Program-made: the position numbers and the translations under genes | Notes under the pieces: generated by a model | The model's database searches: none | Told to the model about the DNA's origin: nothing | What the model saw: the letters and a program-made list of their open reading frames with translations, nothing else | In this document: positions 29,127-38,421 of the stretch, piece after piece | Position numbering within the stretch: position 1 is the first letter of the stretch | How the letters are laid out: each line of letters opens with the position of its first letter | NCBI GenBank assembly: GCA_947629165.1 | Contig: CANRCR010000001.1 | Span: forward strand, 191,297-255,296 | Source: an uncultured Bacilli bacterium | GTDB taxonomy: Bacteria > Bacillota_I > Bacilli_A > RF39 > UBA660 | Length of the DNA stretch: 64,000 bases | Direction: 5' to 3'

Positions 29127-29999
29127 TTATCCATTAATTTGACTCATTACTTCTTCAGCGAAATTTTCTTGTTTCTTTTCAATACCTTCGCCTACTTCAA
29201 AACGGGTCATCGAAACAACGGAACCGCCATTATTTTTAACGTATGCTTCTACCGTTAATTCATCATTTTTAACAAAAGGTTGTTCTAATAGACAAATTTC
29301 TTTGTAGAACTTATTAATACGTCCTTGTACCATTTTTTCAGCAATTTCTGCAGGTTTTCCTTCTTTGATTGCTTGTTCTTTAATAACGTTACTTTCCCGT
29401 TCTAATACGTCTTTATCGACATCATTCCGTGTTAAATAAGAAGGACGCATTGCTGCTGCATGCATAGCAACGTCTTTGGCTGTTTCAACATTACCACCGT
29501 TAAGCACGATAATAACACCGATTCTTCCTCCCATATGGGTATAAGTACCAACTACTTCGCCTTCTTTTTTCTCGATGCGAGCAAATCTTCTAAAACTTAA
29601 TTTTTCACCAATTTTAGCAACTAAATTCGTCATTAATTGAGCGATAGTTTCCTCTCCTACCTTAAGTTCGTTAGCTTCTTCCATCGTCGTTACTTCATTT
29701 TCCAAAATAGTTTGGGCAATTTTATCTACTGCCTCTTGGAAATCTTTATTCTTGGCTACGAAATCGGTTTCAGAGTTAACTTCGATCATCGCTACTGCTT
29801 TATCATTTTCAACGATACGAGTTAATCCTTCAGCGGCAATTCTTCCTGCTTTTTTAGCGGCTTTAATCGTACCGTTTTCTCTTAACCAGTCAATGGCTTT
29901 TTCCATATCCCCTTGGGTTGTTTCAAGCGCTTTTTTACATTCCATCATTCCAGCGCCAGTTCTTTCACGTAACGTTTTTACATCATTTGCCGTAAACAT
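29127..29999 (-). CDS. tsf: elongation factor Ts
   Basis: LRERTGAGMMECKKAL, EVNSETDFVA. Confidence 0.98.
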   Translation of the reverse strand: MFTANDVKTLRERTGAGMMECKKALETTQGDMEKAIDWLRENGTIKAAKKAGRIAAEGLTRIVENDKAVAMIEVNSETDFVAKNKDFQEAVDKIAQTILENEVTTMEEANELKVGEETIAQLMTNLVAKIGEKLSFRRFARIEKKEGEVVGTYTHMGGRIGVIIVLNGGNVETAKDVAMHAAAMRPSYLTRNDVDKDVLERESNVIKEQAIKEGKPAEIAEKMVQGRINKFYKEICLLEQPFVKNDELTVEAYVKNNGGSVVSMTRFEVGEGIEKKQENFAEEVMSQING

Positions 30000-30018
30000 A
30001 ATATCCTCCTTATTCCTT

Positions 30019-30978
30019 TTATTTATTTAAGGCAGCCACTAAATCGGCTTTTTTCATCGAAGTATATCCTTCAATTCCCTTTTCTTTTGCAAGTTTCTTT
30101 AGTTCTACGACCGTTAGTTTAGAATAATCTTCACTTGCTTCTACTTGTTTTTCTTCAACAACGGGTGCTTTTTCTTCTTTTTTTACTTCCTTAGGTGCTT
30201 CTTCTTTTTCTTCAGTTACTTCTACTTCCGTTGTTTCTTTCTCGGTTTTCTTTTCCCCTTTTGTACGATCTTCTTCGGTTAAGTAGTCAATTACTTCATT
30301 TCCGTTTACTTCTGCAATCGCATTGGTTAAAACACCAATCATTAATTTAACCGAACGTACGGCATCATCGTTTCCTGGAATAACGTAGTCAACCATATCT
30401 GGGTCACAGTTTGTATCGACTACACCGAAAACTGGAATACCTAAAATTCTTGCTTCTTTAATGGCAATTTCTTCCTTACGAGGATCGACAATAACCATTG
30501 CTTCTGGTAATTTTTTCATTTCGCGAATTCCACGAAGGTTACGATATAATTTGTCATATTCTTTTTTAATTTTGATAACTTCTTTTTTAGGTAATACTTC
30601 AAATGTACCGTTCTTTTCCATCTCTTCGATTTCTTCCATACGACGAACACGAGATTTAATTGTTTTGAAGTTTGTTAAAGTTCCCCCTAACCAACGTTCG
30701 TTAACAAAGTACATTCCCGTACGATTTGCAGATTCTTCCATTGCTTCTTGCGCTTGTTTCTTAGTACCAACAAATAATACTTTACCTTGATTTTCAGCAA
30801 TGGCTTTCATTGCTTCGTAAGCTTCCTCTAATTTCTTTGCTGTTTTTTGTAAATCGATAATATAAATATCATCTCTTGAAGTATAGATGTATTCTCCCAT
30901 TTTAGGGTTCCATCTTCTTTTTTGGTGTCCAAAATGTACACCTGCTTCTAATAAATAGTTCATTGACACTACTGCCAT
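30019..30978 (-). CDS. rpsB: 30S ribosomal protein S2 with C-terminal Rho_N-type domain
   Basis: [38 protein letters not shown]; charged linker then [29 protein letters not shown]. Confidence 0.97.
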   Translation of the reverse strand: MAVVSMNYLLEAGVHFGHQKRRWNPKMGEYIYTSRDDIYIIDLQKTAKKLEEAYEAMKAIAENQGKVLFVGTKKQAQEAMEESANRTGMYFVNERWLGGTLTNFKTIKSRVRRMEEIEEMEKNGTFEVLPKKEVIKIKKEYDKLYRNLRGIREMKKLPEAMVIVDPRKEEIAIKEARILGIPVFGVVDTNCDPDMVDYVIPGNDDAVRSVKLMIGVLTNAIAEVNGNEVIDYLTEEDRTKGEKKTEKETTEVEVTEEKEEAPKEVKKEEKAPVVEEKQVEASEDYSKLTVVELKKLAKEKGIEGYTSMKKADLVAALNK

Positions 30979-31070
30979 AAATATATTCTCCTTTTCGTTT
31001 TTCTCACTTATTAATTTCTAAAATCTATCACCATTACGGCACTCGACAGATCAATTCATTAATATGTTTA
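30979..31070 (-). promoter_or_regulatory. possible S2 autoregulatory leader
   Basis: About 90-nt intergenic region with complementary TATTAAT/ATTAATA ends and an internal GTGCC; position matches S2 leaders. Confidence 0.35.
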
Positions 31071-31074
31071 TTTT

Positions 31075-31650
31075 TTATTTGTTTAAAGCATCGATTAGTT
31101 CTTGCTTTTTCATTGAAGTGTATCCTTCAATTCCCTTTTCTTTTGCTAAGGCTTTTAATTCTGCCACCGTTAATTTAGAAAGATCGGTAGTTGCTTTTTC
31201 CTTTTTCGTTTCTTTCTTTTCTTCTTTTGGTTCATCTACTTTAGCAACTTTATTTTCTTTTACAGCTGCTTTTACTTCTTGCTTCGTTACTTTTCCTGCA
31301 AGTCCATCTTTGGCAACTTTAACGATTTCAGCAAATGCTTTCTTATCACTAATTGCGATTTCAGATAACATTTTACGGTTGATTTCAACACCGGCTTTAT
31401 TTAATCCCTCAATAAAACGAGAGTAGCTGATATCTTCCTCACGACATGCAGCGTTGATACGTGTAATCCAAAGTTTTCTAAAATCTCTCTTCTTTTGTCT
31501 ACGGTCACGGAAAGCATATTGTCCAGAATGCATTAATTGTTCTTTTGCACTCTTGTATAATCTATGTTTACTTCCGAAATAACCTTTTGCTTGTTTTAAT
31601 ACTTTTTTATGACGAGCTTTTGTCGTAGCTCCATTTTTTACTCTTGCCAT
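31075..31650 (-). CDS. rplT: 50S ribosomal protein L20 with C-terminal Rho_N-type domain
   Basis: MARVK...AKGYFG...[11 protein letters not shown]...NRKMLSEIA plus ~70-aa extension ending [29 protein letters not shown]. Confidence 0.97.
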   Translation of the reverse strand: MARVKNGATTKARHKKVLKQAKGYFGSKHRLYKSAKEQLMHSGQYAFRDRRQKKRDFRKLWITRINAACREEDISYSRFIEGLNKAGVEINRKMLSEIAISDKKAFAEIVKVAKDGLAGKVTKQEVKAAVKENKVAKVDEPKEEKKETKKEKATTDLSKLTVAELKALAKEKGIEGYTSMKKQELIDALNK

Positions 31651-31672
31651 TTTCTTTCCCTCCTATGACTGC

Positions 31673-31861
31673 TTAGATTATGTTCTTTAATCTACTTTGA
31701 TCTGCTTTACTAATCGATGCGCGTTTACGGAAACCACGATTGGCTTTAGCGGTTTTACTACCGGTGTTATGACGACTTCCTTGATGTCCAATCGTAATTG
31801 AACCACTTTGTCTTTTGTTTACTACTTTCTTTAATCCTTTATGTGTTTTTAATTTACCCAT
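31673..31861 (-). CDS. rpmI: 50S ribosomal protein L35 (divergent)
   Basis: KLKTHKG..K, HNTGSK; lies between infC and rplT. Confidence 0.9.
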   Translation of the reverse strand: MGKLKTHKGLKKVVNKRQSGSITIGHQGSRHNTGSKTAKANRGFRKRASISKADQSRLKNII

Positions 31862-31873
31862 TTCATTGTCCTC

Positions 31874-32404
31874 CTATTTTTCTTTTTTTGGTGCTAATAA
31901 CATGGTCATGTTCTTTCCATCTAGTTTTGGTTGTTGTTCTATGGTCGCTAAATCTTCTAAACGAGATGCAAATTTAACTAATACATCGCGGCCTAAATCA
32001 GTATGTGCCATCTGTCTACCTTTAAAGCGAATCGTCATTTTAATTTTGTTTCCTTTAACCAAATATTTTGTTACTTGATTTACTTTGGTTTCAAAATCAC
32101 CGACATCAATTACGCTCGATAAACGGAATTCTTTGGTTTCTAAGTTGGATGCTTTTTGTTTTTTCAAAGCTTCTTTTTCTTTCTTTTGCTTTTCGTAACG
32201 ATACTTGTTATAGTCCATTACTTTACATACCGGTGGATTTCCATTCGGATTCATCAATACGAGATCTAATCCCGCATAGGATGCTAACGTCAATGCATCT
32301 TGTAACGTTTTTACGCCGACTTGTTCTCCATTAGGTCCAATGACTAGTACTTGACTAGCTCTAATTTGTTCGTTAATTAACAAATTATTCTTTGTATTTG
32401 CGAT
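31874..32404 (-). CDS. infC: translation initiation factor IF-3 (non-canonical ATC start)
   Basis: INEQIRA, PPVCKVMDYNKYRYE, IRFKGRQMAH; GGAGGTG RBS 6 nt before in-frame ATC at 32404. Confidence 0.96.
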   Translation of the reverse strand: MANTKNNLLINEQIRASQVLVIGPNGEQVGVKTLQDALTLASYAGLDLVLMNPNGNPPVCKVMDYNKYRYEKQKKEKEALKKQKASNLETKEFRLSSVIDVGDFETKVNQVTKYLVKGNKIKMTIRFKGRQMAHTDLGRDVLVKFASRLEDLATIEQQPKLDGKNMTMLLAPKKEK

Positions 32405-32424
32405 ACAAAACACCTCCAATAAAA

Positions 32425-32555
32425 ATCAAAAAAGTGGATACAATAATGTATCCACTGCGCACAAAGAGTGTTCATCTGCTGTGAGATGACACGTTGGCTC
32501 TTTACCTACCGCTATTCGCGATCAGGTGGATGGATACATCACTTTCCTTCTTTTG
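32425..32555 (-). promoter_or_regulatory. ribosomal protein L20 leader
   Basis: Upstream of infC-rpmI-rplT; contains CACCTGAT, terminator AGTGGATACA-ttat-TGTATCCACT-TTTTT, and an upstream ATGTATCCA able to form the antiterminator. Confidence 0.8.
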
Positions 32556-32566
32556 AATTCACTTCA

Positions 32567-32594
32567 ATTATACCAAAAAAATTCGAAATGTCAA
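32567..32594 (-). promoter_or_regulatory. sigma-A promoter of infC operon
   Basis: TTGACA-16 nt-TATAAT with extended TG. Confidence 0.7.
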
Positions 32595-32674
32595 TCTTTT
32601 TTGTTATATTCTATTCATTTTAATTAAAATCATGCTGATTCTCATATTGTTTTACAAAATATATACAATCTATT

Positions 32675-34423
32675 TTATTTATTTTCTACTTTGATGGCTA
32701 GTTCTTGTAACTGCTTCTCATCAACAATATTAGGAGCTTCCGTCATTAAATCGGCGGCACTTGTTGTTTTAGGGAAGGCAATTACATCTCGAATATTTTC
32801 GGTTTGTGCTAATAACATAATCATACGATCTAGGCCTAGGGCAATTCCACCATGAGGAGGTGCTCCATAATCAAATGCTTCTAAAAAGAAACCAAACTGT
32901 TCTTTCGCACTTTCTTCGGTAAATCCTAAAGCTTCAAACATTTTTTCTTGAACTTCATGATTATGAATACGAATGCTTCCACCTCCAGCTTCGTAGCCAT
33001 TGATGACAATATCGTAAGCTTTTGCATAACAATGTTCTTTATCCGTTAAAAGATTTGGAATGCTTTCTTCTTTAGGTGCTGTAAATGGATGATGCATAGC
33101 AAGATATCTTCCTTCTGTTTCACTGTATTCAAATAGTGGAAAGTCGGTAATCCAAACAAAGGCATCTTTACTATCGTCGATCAAATGTAAATCATGTCCC
33201 AATTTTTTACGTAACTCTCCAAGCGAAGTCTTGGTAACTTTCCGTTGGTCAGCTACGATAAAGATTATATCGTTTTCTTCGAGGGCTAATTTTTCGGTTA
33301 ATTGCTTTAATTCTTCCTCCGTTAAATTTTTAGCAATACTTCCATTAAGTGTTCCTTCCGTCAACTTTAACCAACATAATCCTTTCGCCTGATAGGTTTT
33401 TACATATTCGGTTAATTTATCAATTTCTTTTCTAGAAAAACTAGAAGCTGCATTTTTTACTACAAGGGCATTAATAATGCCTTTATTTTCAATCGTCGAT
33501 TTAAATACTTGAAATTCGGTATTAGTAAAGAGTGAAGTAATTTCTTGAATCTTTAAATCAAAACGAAGATCCGGTTTATCACTTCCATAGGTATCGAATG
33601 CTTCATCCCAAGTCATTCGACGAATTGGTAATGAAATCGTTACGCCTTTTACTTCTTTCCAAATACGGGCAAGCATTTTTTCTGTTATCGTTAATATGTC
33701 TTCCGTATCAATAAAACTCATTTCCATATCGATTTGGGTAAACTCCGGTTGCCGATCGGCTCTTAAATCTTCATCTCGGAAGCATTTAGCAATTTGGAAA
33801 TAACGTTCCATACCGGCAATCATCAAAAGTTGTTTATATAATTGAGGGGATTGTGGTAAAGCATAAAAAGATCCTTTATTGACTCTTGATGGTACTAAAT
33901 AGTCTCTTGCTCCTTCCGGAGTACTTCTTCCTAACATTGGTGTCTCGATTTCTAAAAAGTCATTTTCAACTAAATAATTACGAACGATTTGCATGACTTT
34001 TGAACGTAACACTAACTTATCTTTTAAAGTATCTCTTCGTAAATCTAGATACCGATATTTTAGTCTCGTATCTTCTAATGCCGTCGTGTCATCTTTAATC
34101 TCAAATGGAATATCTTTAGCGGTATTTAAAATTTCAAATTGCTCGACCGCTACTTCGATTTCTCCTGTTGGAATATTAGGGTTTACACTTTCTCTTTGAG
34201 CAATGGTTCCTTCTACTTTTAAAACGTATTCACTTTTGACACTTTCGGCAAGCGAATAACAATCATCCTCTGGACGTATCACTAACTGGATTACACCGGA
34301 ACGGTCTCTTAAATCAATAAAGATTAATCCACCAAGGTTTCTTTTCTTTTGAACCCATCCATAAAAAGTGTGCTTTTCGCCGATATTATTTCGATTCAAT
34401 GTACCATTTTTAGTCGTCTTCAT
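32675..34423 (-). CDS. aspS: aspartate--tRNA ligase
   Basis: FIDLRDRSG, RLKYRYLDLR, ALPQSPQ, FRDEDLRADRQPEF, GAPPHGGIALGLDR. Start MKTTK at 34423. Confidence 0.98.
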   Translation of the reverse strand: MKTTKNGTLNRNNIGEKHTFYGWVQKKRNLGGLIFIDLRDRSGVIQLVIRPEDDCYSLAESVKSEYVLKVEGTIAQRESVNPNIPTGEIEVAVEQFEILNTAKDIPFEIKDDTTALEDTRLKYRYLDLRRDTLKDKLVLRSKVMQIVRNYLVENDFLEIETPMLGRSTPEGARDYLVPSRVNKGSFYALPQSPQLYKQLLMIAGMERYFQIAKCFRDEDLRADRQPEFTQIDMEMSFIDTEDILTITEKMLARIWKEVKGVTISLPIRRMTWDEAFDTYGSDKPDLRFDLKIQEITSLFTNTEFQVFKSTIENKGIINALVVKNAASSFSRKEIDKLTEYVKTYQAKGLCWLKLTEGTLNGSIAKNLTEEELKQLTEKLALEENDIIFIVADQRKVTKTSLGELRKKLGHDLHLIDDSKDAFVWITDFPLFEYSETEGRYLAMHHPFTAPKEESIPNLLTDKEHCYAKAYDIVINGYEAGGGSIRIHNHEVQEKMFEALGFTEESAKEQFGFFLEAFDYGAPPHGGIALGLDRMIMLLAQTENIRDVIAFPKTTSAADLMTEAPNIVDEKQLQELAIKVENK

Positions 34424-35750
34424 CTTCGTCCTCTCCTTCGTAAAGTGGTTCTCCCTCGTGACCAATATGGAAATGTTCCTCTTCTTCAATATGTTCGTCT
34501 AAATAGTAAATGATATAATCGAGATCAATTTTCTCTTCTTCTTTTGTCTTGTTGTTTTTAATCGTAACTATATTTTCTTTTAAATCTTCACTATTTAGTA
34601 GTAATAAGTATTTGCTTTGGAGGCGGTCCGCTTGTTTAAATTGTCCTTTTAATCCGCGTCCTAAATATTCGGTTTCAGTAACAAAACCATTCATTCTTAA
34701 CTCTTGGGCAAGATACATTGCATTTAATTTTTCTTCTTCGTTTACATACATGATAAATACATCGATATCTTCTTGAACCGGTAGTTTAATTTCTTCTTTT
34801 TCAAGAGCTAAAATCAAACGTCCTAGGCCACTTGCAAATCCCATTCCTGGAGTCGATGGTCCGTCTAGTTCTTCCGTTAATCCATCGTACCTTCCTCCTC
34901 CACCTAAAACATTTTGACTACCAAACCCTTCGACTTTAGCTTCAATTTCAAAAACTGTATGGCAATAATAATCGAGTCCTCGTACTATCTTTGGATTTAC
35001 TTCATGTTCGATTCCTAATGCGCCTAGGTAATTGATTACTTTTTCAAAACGTGCTTTACTTTCTTCGTTTAAATATTCAATGGTCGTTGGAGCATTTTTA
35101 ATTATTTCGTTTTCGGCATCCACTTTACAATCTAAAATACGAAGTGGATTTTTTTCTAAACGCGCTTTGCAATCATCACATAACTCGTGAATGTGTGGTT
35201 TAAAATACGCTACTAAAGCATCGCGATACGCTTTTCTAGATGCTTTATCGCCGAGTGAATTTATATTTACTTTTATTTGTTTCAATCCTAACATTTTATA
35301 AATATTAACGGGAATCGAAATTACTTCAGCATCAATTAATGGATCGTCACTTCCTAAAACTTCCACGCCAAATTGGGTAAGTTCACGGTCTCTTCCCGAT
35401 TGTGGTCTTTCGTAACGGTACATCGTTCCATTGTAATAGAGTTTTATCGGTTGAGTCGGATCACCATACATTTTATTTTCGATGTAACTACGAACAACCC
35501 CGGCCGTTCCTTCGGGACGAAGCGTCATCTTACGGTCTCCTCGATCGATGAAATCATACGTTTCTTTAGTAACAATATCGCTCGATTCTCCTACGCCACG
35601 ATGAAATAGTTCGGTCGCTTCAAAAATCGGGGTACGAATATACTGATAATTATATTTTTCCATTAATGTATCGATTAATTTGTTAACGTATTGCCATTTT
35701 TTTGCTTCTTCTCCATAAATATCATGACATCCTTTTGGTTTTGTTATCAT
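34410..35750 (-). CDS. hisS: histidine--tRNA ligase
   Basis: LRPEGTAG, RYERPQSGR, VRGLDYY, GGGRYDGL. Start MITKPKG at 35750; the longer ORF runs through the T-box. Confidence 0.98.
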   Translation of the reverse strand: MITKPKGCHDIYGEEAKKWQYVNKLIDTLMEKYNYQYIRTPIFEATELFHRGVGESSDIVTKETYDFIDRGDRKMTLRPEGTAGVVRSYIENKMYGDPTQPIKLYYNGTMYRYERPQSGRDRELTQFGVEVLGSDDPLIDAEVISIPVNIYKMLGLKQIKVNINSLGDKASRKAYRDALVAYFKPHIHELCDDCKARLEKNPLRILDCKVDAENEIIKNAPTTIEYLNEESKARFEKVINYLGALGIEHEVNPKIVRGLDYYCHTVFEIEAKVEGFGSQNVLGGGGRYDGLTEELDGPSTPGMGFASGLGRLILALEKEEIKLPVQEDIDVFIMYVNEEEKLNAMYLAQELRMNGFVTETEYLGRGLKGQFKQADRLQSKYLLLLNSEDLKENIVTIKNNKTKEEEKIDLDYIIYYLDEHIEEEEHFHIGHEGEPLYEGEDEDEDD

Positions 35751-35764
35751 AGTTTTTCTCCTTT

Positions 35765-35970
35765 CAAAAAATAAAAAGGTAGCACTTCTTAAAGGACGAG
35801 TTTCCCCGTGGTGCCACCTTTGTTTCATAAATTTCTTTATGCTTTTTGTTTTCTTATCGCGAAAATCACGCTTCTTACCACAGAAAGTGTCTTTCAAAAG
35901 AAATACTTTTGTCTTTTCACCTACCAGACAATCTCTAAAAAGTTTTCTTTTTACTCCTCTTTCCAAGAAG
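35765..35970 (-). promoter_or_regulatory. T-box riboswitch (Asp) for hisS-aspS
   Basis: AAGGTGGCACCACG T-box (35807-35820), AGAGA/GGTGAAA stem I, specifier GAC at 35889-35891; UGGC bulge fits the G73 discriminator of tRNA-Asp. Confidence 0.88.
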
Positions 35971-36028
35971 TTACCTTAATTTTAACGTATTTTTATTAAA
36001 AAAACAAGTTTTTTATATACTTTCCTCT

Positions 36029-37780
36029 TTATTTTGCTCGGAAACGATAGATTGTTCGTGTTTCGACATCAGTCGTATCATTCTTTTCAATTTTGGTATC
36101 GACCCAATTCGAATAAGCTCCCCATCGACTAAAGGTGTACGAAACCGTTTTGACATGTTCACTGTAAGTACAAGTACAAGAACCGGTTCCTATTGCAAGT
36201 ATTACACTATAAGCGTCCTGGTTATAGCACTTTCTAAATAAAAGACTATCCCGTGAAAGATTGGCCCCCGTTATTTTCATTCGGACGGTACTTTGTCCGA
36301 TATAATAACTATCATTTAAATGCGGTTCTCCTTGCCCAATAAAACTTTCTTGTAATGGGGCGTATGCTTGACCATAGTCAAAGTTCGAATGAAATGGTCC
36401 TACCTTTTTGTTGTTGTAATAACATCCCTTTTTTGATTCAACTAAATTTTCTAAAGCTTTATAGTCGGCAGAAGTCATCTTTCCATCTTGATTCGGATCT
36501 AATACCCGGTTACTATTGTTTCGTGCAAAATCAATAAGTCCTCCTAGTGCTGTATAACATTTATCGTCCTCTGAATCCGTCTCCGAACAGGTTCCTTGAA
36601 TGTAAAAGCGCGTAAATGCATAATGCTTAATTGTTTTCGTAGCACTATTCTTACATTCGTTAAAATAATTATTACATTCAAAGCCGGTTTTTTTGTCTTC
36701 TTTATCTACCCAACGATCTTCAAGCACTTTTTCACTTTCATATGTCCATCCAGCCAAATTACGATTGGTCGAAGTCGTCGTCTCTTTTTTTCGTGAGCGA
36801 TACTGTGTTTTTTGTTCAATATCATGTGTTTGAGCAGATACTCCTTGCGGAAGTGAGGTGACCCAACCAGACCATGATTTAGATGTCGTTGCTTCTGGAG
36901 GAAGTGTTTCAACAACATCCGTACTTGGCTGTTGTTCTTGTTCCGTAGAAGATTCTTTTCCACGACTAACCACTACATTTATCGTCGAACCTTTGCTTAA
37001 TTCTCCCTCTTTCGGCTCTTGTTCAATGATATGGCCCTCTTCTATATTTTCATCGTATCTTTCGTCTACGATATTTAAGTTAAGCCCTATTTCTTTAGCT
37101 TCTTTCATCGCTTCGTCGATATGTTTATTTTCTAAATTTGGAACTTTTACGCGATTACTTGAAACATATACTTTTAGCTCAATGGTCGATCCTTTTGCGA
37201 CTTTATCGTTGGCCTTTTTCTGCTCGTATACGATGCCTACTTGATCTTCGTCATCTGTTTCTTCCTCGATAATGGAAGCTTTTAATCCGAGGGATTTTAG
37301 TGATTTGGTAGCGTCTCCTACCGGTTTTCCTACTAAATTAGGAACTTCTACTAATTCTTCTTTCTCACCCGTTGATGTAAAATCGTTTGCTCCTGGGTTT
37401 TGGAATAGATAAATAACACTTATCGTAGCAATTAAAAGTAATAAAATTAAAAGCAACCAAAGATATTTCTTTTTATTTTTTTCTTTTGGCTCTACCGGAC
37501 TAGCATTCGGTAATACTTCGGTTGGTAGACTGTTTACTTCTTCCACTTGCGGTAATTTCTCGTTACTAATCTTTGTGCCACAGGATGGGCAAAAAAGGGT
37601 TCCTTCTTCTAATTCTTCTCCGCAAGAAGGACACACATTTGATTGGGCTTCCGGCGGTTTTTCTTCGATCACTTTCTTACCACATGATGGACAGAAAATG
37701 GTTTCTTTACTTATTTCTTCATGACAAAAAGGACAGGTTAATTTTTTCTTGTTCGCTTTCTTTTTACTTTTTTTCTCCAT
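36029..37780 (-). CDS. double zinc-ribbon, TM, 2x PASTA domain protein with Cys-rich C-terminal region
   Basis: Four CxxC knuckles, TM, VEVPNLVGK and VKVPNLENK PASTA repeats, WSGW...QYRSR and WGAYSNW...IYRFR motifs. Confidence 0.88.
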   Translation of the reverse strand: MEKKSKKKANKKKLTCPFCHEEISKETIFCPSCGKKVIEEKPPEAQSNVCPSCGEELEEGTLFCPSCGTKISNEKLPQVEEVNSLPTEVLPNASPVEPKEKNKKKYLWLLLILLLLIATISVIYLFQNPGANDFTSTGEKEELVEVPNLVGKPVGDATKSLKSLGLKASIIEEETDDEDQVGIVYEQKKANDKVAKGSTIELKVYVSSNRVKVPNLENKHIDEAMKEAKEIGLNLNIVDERYDENIEEGHIIEQEPKEGELSKGSTINVVVSRGKESSTEQEQQPSTDVVETLPPEATTSKSWSGWVTSLPQGVSAQTHDIEQKTQYRSRKKETTTSTNRNLAGWTYESEKVLEDRWVDKEDKKTGFECNNYFNECKNSATKTIKHYAFTRFYIQGTCSETDSEDDKCYTALGGLIDFARNNSNRVLDPNQDGKMTSADYKALENLVESKKGCYYNNKKVGPFHSNFDYGQAYAPLQESFIGQGEPHLNDSYYIGQSTVRMKITGANLSRDSLLFRKCYNQDAYSVILAIGTGSCTCTYSEHVKTVSYTFSRWGAYSNWVDTKIEKNDTTDVETRTIYRFRAK

Positions 37781-37801
37781 ATACCTTATCCTTTCCTTTG
37801 A

Positions 37802-38362
37802 TTAATGATTCACGTGTTTATGATAAAAATCAAGACGCCATTTCATTTCTTGAATTTGAATCTTTTTTGCTAAAGTGCGTGACCAAGCCATAGCAAATCC
37901 AATAATGGGTGGGAATATTGCAGCAATTTGTGCAGTGGATGTTAAACTTCGATCCATTCTAAAGAAGAGATTATGTTCAAATGATTGATATAGGAACAAT
38001 CCAAGAAAAACTCCTAATCCAACCCATATTATGTAAGTTAAGATAACCGAAACTTTTATATAAGAAATATAATTTTGATATTTTTTATCTTCAAAAGTTA
38101 GTTGTAAAACATCGGGTTGACTTACTGGCGGTTTTGCTATTACTGCTTTAGGAGGTTCCACCGATGGCACTGGTGTTGCCACTTCTACAACCGGTTCTTC
38201 CTTAATTTCTTTTTTTACTTCTGTTTTTTTATTTTTCTTTTTAGTATTTTCTTTTACTTCGACTGGTTCTTCCTTTACTTCTTCGGGAATAAGACGATGT
38301 CCACATTTTTCACAAAACTTATTTTTTTCATTATTTTTTGCGCCACATTCTTCACAATACAT
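37802..38362 (-). CDS. zinc-ribbon membrane protein (2 TM)
   Basis: MYCEECG...FCEKCG, Glu/Lys/Pro linker, two TM helices. Confidence 0.85.
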   Translation of the reverse strand: MYCEECGAKNNEKNKFCEKCGHRLIPEEVKEEPVEVKENTKKKNKKTEVKKEIKEEPVVEVATPVPSVEPPKAVIAKPPVSQPDVLQLTFEDKKYQNYISYIKVSVILTYIIWVGLGVFLGLFLYQSFEHNLFFRMDRSLTSTAQIAAIFPPIIGFAMAWSRTLAKKIQIQEMKWRLDFYHKHVNH

Positions 38363-38393
38363 ATTATTAATTCCTTCCTTCTATTATTAAAAG

Positions 38394-38421
38394 AAAAAGG
38401 CTATTTAAAATAGCCTTTTTT
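38394..38421 (-). terminator. hairpin/terminator inside the zinc-ribbon cluster
   Basis: AAAAGGCTATTT-AAAATAGCCTTTT inverted repeat. Confidence 0.55.

Noticed and set aside
32595-32675. 6S RNA expected downstream of aspS as in Bacillus
   Set aside because: Only ~80 nt of AT-rich DNA is available, too short and unstructured.
32645-32680. dif-like sequence (TATATA-TTTTGTAAAAC on the minus strand)
   Set aside because: Only one arm resembles Bacillus dif, the DNA is very AT-rich, and gene orientation does not switch here.
35751-35966. N-terminal extensions of the hisS ORF (also pheS, aspS, parE, infC)
   Set aside because: They run through T-box leaders, RBS sequences or upstream genes; downstream starts match family N-termini.
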